A stretch of 64,000 nucleotides of DNA from Candidatus Bathyarchaeota archaeon (lineage in GTDB: Archaea > Thermoproteota > Bathyarchaeia > 40CM-2-53-6): positions 96,001-160,000 of the forward strand of contig CAVPLU010000012.1 of assembly GCA_963706285.1 (NCBI GenBank), read 5' to 3'. Under the pieces are notes generated by a model. The model did no database searches, was not told where the DNA came from, and worked only from the letters and a program-made list of their open reading frames with translations. Below are positions 61,214 to 64,000 of the stretch, piece after piece. Numbering within the stretch: the stretch's first letter is position 1; each line of letters begins with the position of its first letter. Both the position numbers and the translations under genes were made by a program.

Positions 61214-63050
61214 ATGCACAGGCAACCATACGATCGAAATGCGGAACACACCACGGAGGAGCGCTCCGATCGCTCAGATGAAGCCCCGAGGATTGCTGTG
61301 GTTACGCCTGCCTACAAAGAGGAAAAAAATCTTACACGTGTTGGGGCGAGCGTGTTGGCGCAGAGTCTTAAGCCTAATCTGTGGGTTATTGTTGACGACG
61401 GAAGTTCGGATGGGACCTCTCGCATAGCGAACAAGCTGGCAGAAGGACAAGGTTGGATCAGCGTCACCAAAAAGGAAAGGGATAGTGGAATTACTGACGG
61501 GAGCTTTACAGCTTTCAGTTTTGGCGTCAGCAAGATTGGATTCGACTGGCATTACCTCATGAAATTGGATGCCGATACGGCGCTCCCGCAAGATTTCCTC
61601 ACTCGACTTGTTGAGAGATTTGAATCGAACCCAGATCTTGGGATCGCCAGTGGTGTCTGTGCCGGAGAGCCCGGGTTGGGTTCGCACCCGCGCGGGAACA
61701 ACAGGATGTATCGGCGCGAGTGTTGGGATGAGATCACTTTTCCGGACGGACGGCTTCGGCTGGGATACCGTCGATGAAGCATTTGCGAGACTGAACGGAT
61801 GGAAGGCTGTCGCATTTGACGATCTTGTATGCGAGCACATGAGGTCGAAGCTTCTTGACGCGGACTACAGGTTCCATCAGGGGAGGCTAAGCCGACACGT
61901 AGGTTACTATTGGTGGTTCGCAACTGGCAGAGCAATCAAGATGCTCGCCTCCTTCGGCCCGGTAGCCTCGCTCGCCTATTTCGCCGGTTATCTGAGAGGG
62001 GGCTTCGATCACGTCAATCGATCGGTCAAACAGGCAGTCAGGACCGATCAACGCCGCCGTGTGATGAACGCCTTGGGGTTCAAATCAAGGTCGCCCGTGC
62101 GAGCAAATGCATACGTGCCGCGCTTGGACGGCCATGATCCACTGATCGCTGTGGGAATGCCAACACTTAATCGAGCGAAATATCTTCCAGGGGCTCTTGA
62201 TGCCCTGCACAATGTCTCATATCCGCGAGATAGAATGCGTTTGATCTTCGTAGATGGTTATTCAACAGATGAGACATACCAAATCCTTCAGGATTTCCGC
62301 AAACAGCATGGCTCCGAATACAAGGACATCGTGCTCCTTCAAGAGAAGGGAAACATACCGGCGGCTCGCAACTTATGCATTCGAAACATCGGAAGCGCAG
62401 AATTCCTCGTCTTCGTCGACAGCGATGTTATCTTGACGCCAGACTCAATCAGTAGACTAGTCGGTCTTTCTAGCGTGGGACAGATCGCGTCCATTTTCTA
62501 CAGTAGCTTCAGCTATCAGCGACCAGCAGCGACGGTGAAGTACGTTCATACGGTCGGCATGGGTTGCACGCTTCTAGGGAGAGCGGTCATAGACAAAGTT
62601 GGCTTTTTTGACGTGACGCTTCCCGTCAACGAAGATACGGACTACTGCCTCCGTGCGAATGCGTCTGGGTACAAGATCGTACAGGACACAACCGTCCAAC
62701 TGCTCCACCAAGAAGAAGGGAGATATCGCCCTGAGCAGACAATTCGCCAGAGCATCAAGTACCGACGCGTATACGCGAAGACCTTCAGGCTGGGAATATA
62801 TCGGAAACGGCTTGTCTTGTACGCCGCACTTGATGCCGCAACCATCTTGGGCTTTCTACTGCACCCTCTCTTCTTTGCAGCGATCGGTGCTTACTTCGCT
62901 GCTCAGTTGGCAAGGCGTCGGAATCTGAAGCTAGCTTTCTATCTTACGGTCAATAGCCTCATCATTGCACCTTTGGCTCTTGTAGGCCTCTTTGAGAGGG
63001 GGCTCTCTCGGCCCCAGTCCAGCGACGTGGACAACCATGGAAAGACTTGA
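61214..63050 (+). CDS. Tandem GT2-GT2 glycosyltransferase (frameshift near 61750)
   Basis: Domain 1: VTPAYKEE, VDDGSSD, LDAD, GWDTVDE. Domain 2: VDGYSTD, ARN, VDSD, EDTDYC. C-terminal TMs. Confidence 0.8.
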
Positions 63051-63801
63051 CATCGTCGTCTGTACGAGGAACAATGAACCAACCTTACGACAGAGCCTCC
63101 AAAGGATCCTCTCCTACGGAGCCCCCGCTCGACTGATAGTCGTTGACGGCAGATCAACAGATCGAACCACCGAAATAGCCACGGATATGGGCGCTCAAAT
63201 CTACAGCGACAAAGGAAGGGGACTAGGATATGCTCGCAATATGGCCCTTCAGCTTGTGCAGACTCCAGTTTTTGGGTTCGTTGACGCGGACGCTTTCATA
63301 CCGAAAAACTGGACAGATCTGCAGAGACACATGACAGATCCGACAGTAGCGGCAGCAAGTGCCACCACAATATATGGATACGGAAATCCACCGCTGCAGA
63401 GATTCCACGAGTGGATGGCAACAAGAGGTTCGGAGGACGTGGGTTTCGTCAGTACGATTGTCAGAAGAAACGCGTTCCTAAAGGCGGGTGGAATCCGAGA
63501 GGATCTGACGGCGTATGAGGACTGGGAACTTTATGGCCGACTCAAAGCGCTCGGACTCAAATGGATCTCCGATAGAAGCGTGGTAACCTATCACCCGCAG
63601 ACCATGCTATCGTTCCTGTCCCACGCACGGCGGTGGGGATCTGGAGCAAAGCGGAGCGGAGTCGACGCAACAAGATTCGTGCGACCCTTGTTGACAAGCC
63701 CGTTTTGGGGGGTCAGAATGGCCGCTCGGGTGCATCCAATTCACGCGATCTACTACCCGCTCCTTAGACTCTCTTATCTCGTCGGATACATAGAAGGTTG
63801 A
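63037..63801 (+). CDS. GT2 family glycosyltransferase
   Basis: VVCTRN, VDGRSTD, ARN, VDAD, EDWEL, RRWG. Confidence 0.9.
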   Translation: MERLDIVVCTRNNEPTLRQSLQRILSYGAPARLIVVDGRSTDRTTEIATDMGAQIYSDKGRGLGYARNMALQLVQTPVFGFVDADAFIPKNWTDLQRHMTDPTVAAASATTIYGYGNPPLQRFHEWMATRGSEDVGFVSTIVRRNAFLKAGGIREDLTAYEDWELYGRLKALGLKWISDRSVVTYHPQTMLSFLSHARRWGSGAKRSGVDATRFVRPLLTSPFWGVRMAARVHPIHAIYYPLLRLSYLVGYIEG

Positions 63802-63840
63802 AAGATAGACCAACAGACACGCACTAGGTAACAACAGGGG

Positions 63841-64000
63841 TTGTCAGCAAACGCCCGACAGACTTGTAGTTCATGCACCAATGAGCGTCATGGGAGGCGC
63901 CGAACTCGTAAGCGCCTACATTGTGAAGACTCTAGTTGAGACCGGATTCCCTCTGACGCTCCTTTCCGACTCCTGGAACCCGAAACTGATCGAGGAAAGA
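63841..64000 (+). CDS. GT4 family glycosyltransferase, N-terminus (truncated by the window end)
   Basis: VVHAPMSVMGGAELVSAYIVKTL (H....GGAE motif). Confidence 0.6.

Noticed and set aside
1-64000. CRISPR array, rRNA, integrase or programmed frameshifting
   Set aside because: No regularly spaced repeats, rRNA-like segments or recombinase motifs were seen. The frameshifts are too widespread and lack consistent slippery sites.

Overview
Archaeal chromosomal segment from the TACK lineage, most likely Bathyarchaeia-like (inferred from TFB, Rpo12, aIF1, bifunctional FBP aldolase/phosphatase, pantoate kinase, CofE, EndA with a crenarchaeal-specific loop and a CFI-box-CTERM protein). Many conserved genes carry single-base frameshifts, probably uncorrected long-read errors rather than true pseudogenes. 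The window holds the 5' end of A/V-ATPase subunit I, a membrane-arm-only complex I-like cluster (A-H-J-K-M-L-M), gluconeogenic genes (tpiA, fbp, pckG), porGDAB, a CoA cluster (ECF S component, pok, coaD), ahcY, glyS, hppA, cofE, glycosyltransferases, several large surface proteins and an IS6-like transposase. Top hunt results: (1) a tRNA-Gln(CUG) gene at 31304-31468 split by FOUR BHB-type introns (21/22, 29/30, 37/38, 59/60) that splices in silico to a clean 76-nt cloverleaf, with a CSL-bearing endA in the same window; (2) a locus at 17.7-19.96 kb with a 55-aa, 31%-Tyr YPQ-repeat microprotein missing from the ORF track and two paralogous His/Tyr-rich zinc-ribbon proteins, all readable from 'MSY', around an alpha/beta hydrolase; (3) a '2M'-type complex I signature (two NuoM plus a ~26-aa extension of the NuoL lateral helix) with no B/C/D/I/N in the cluster.
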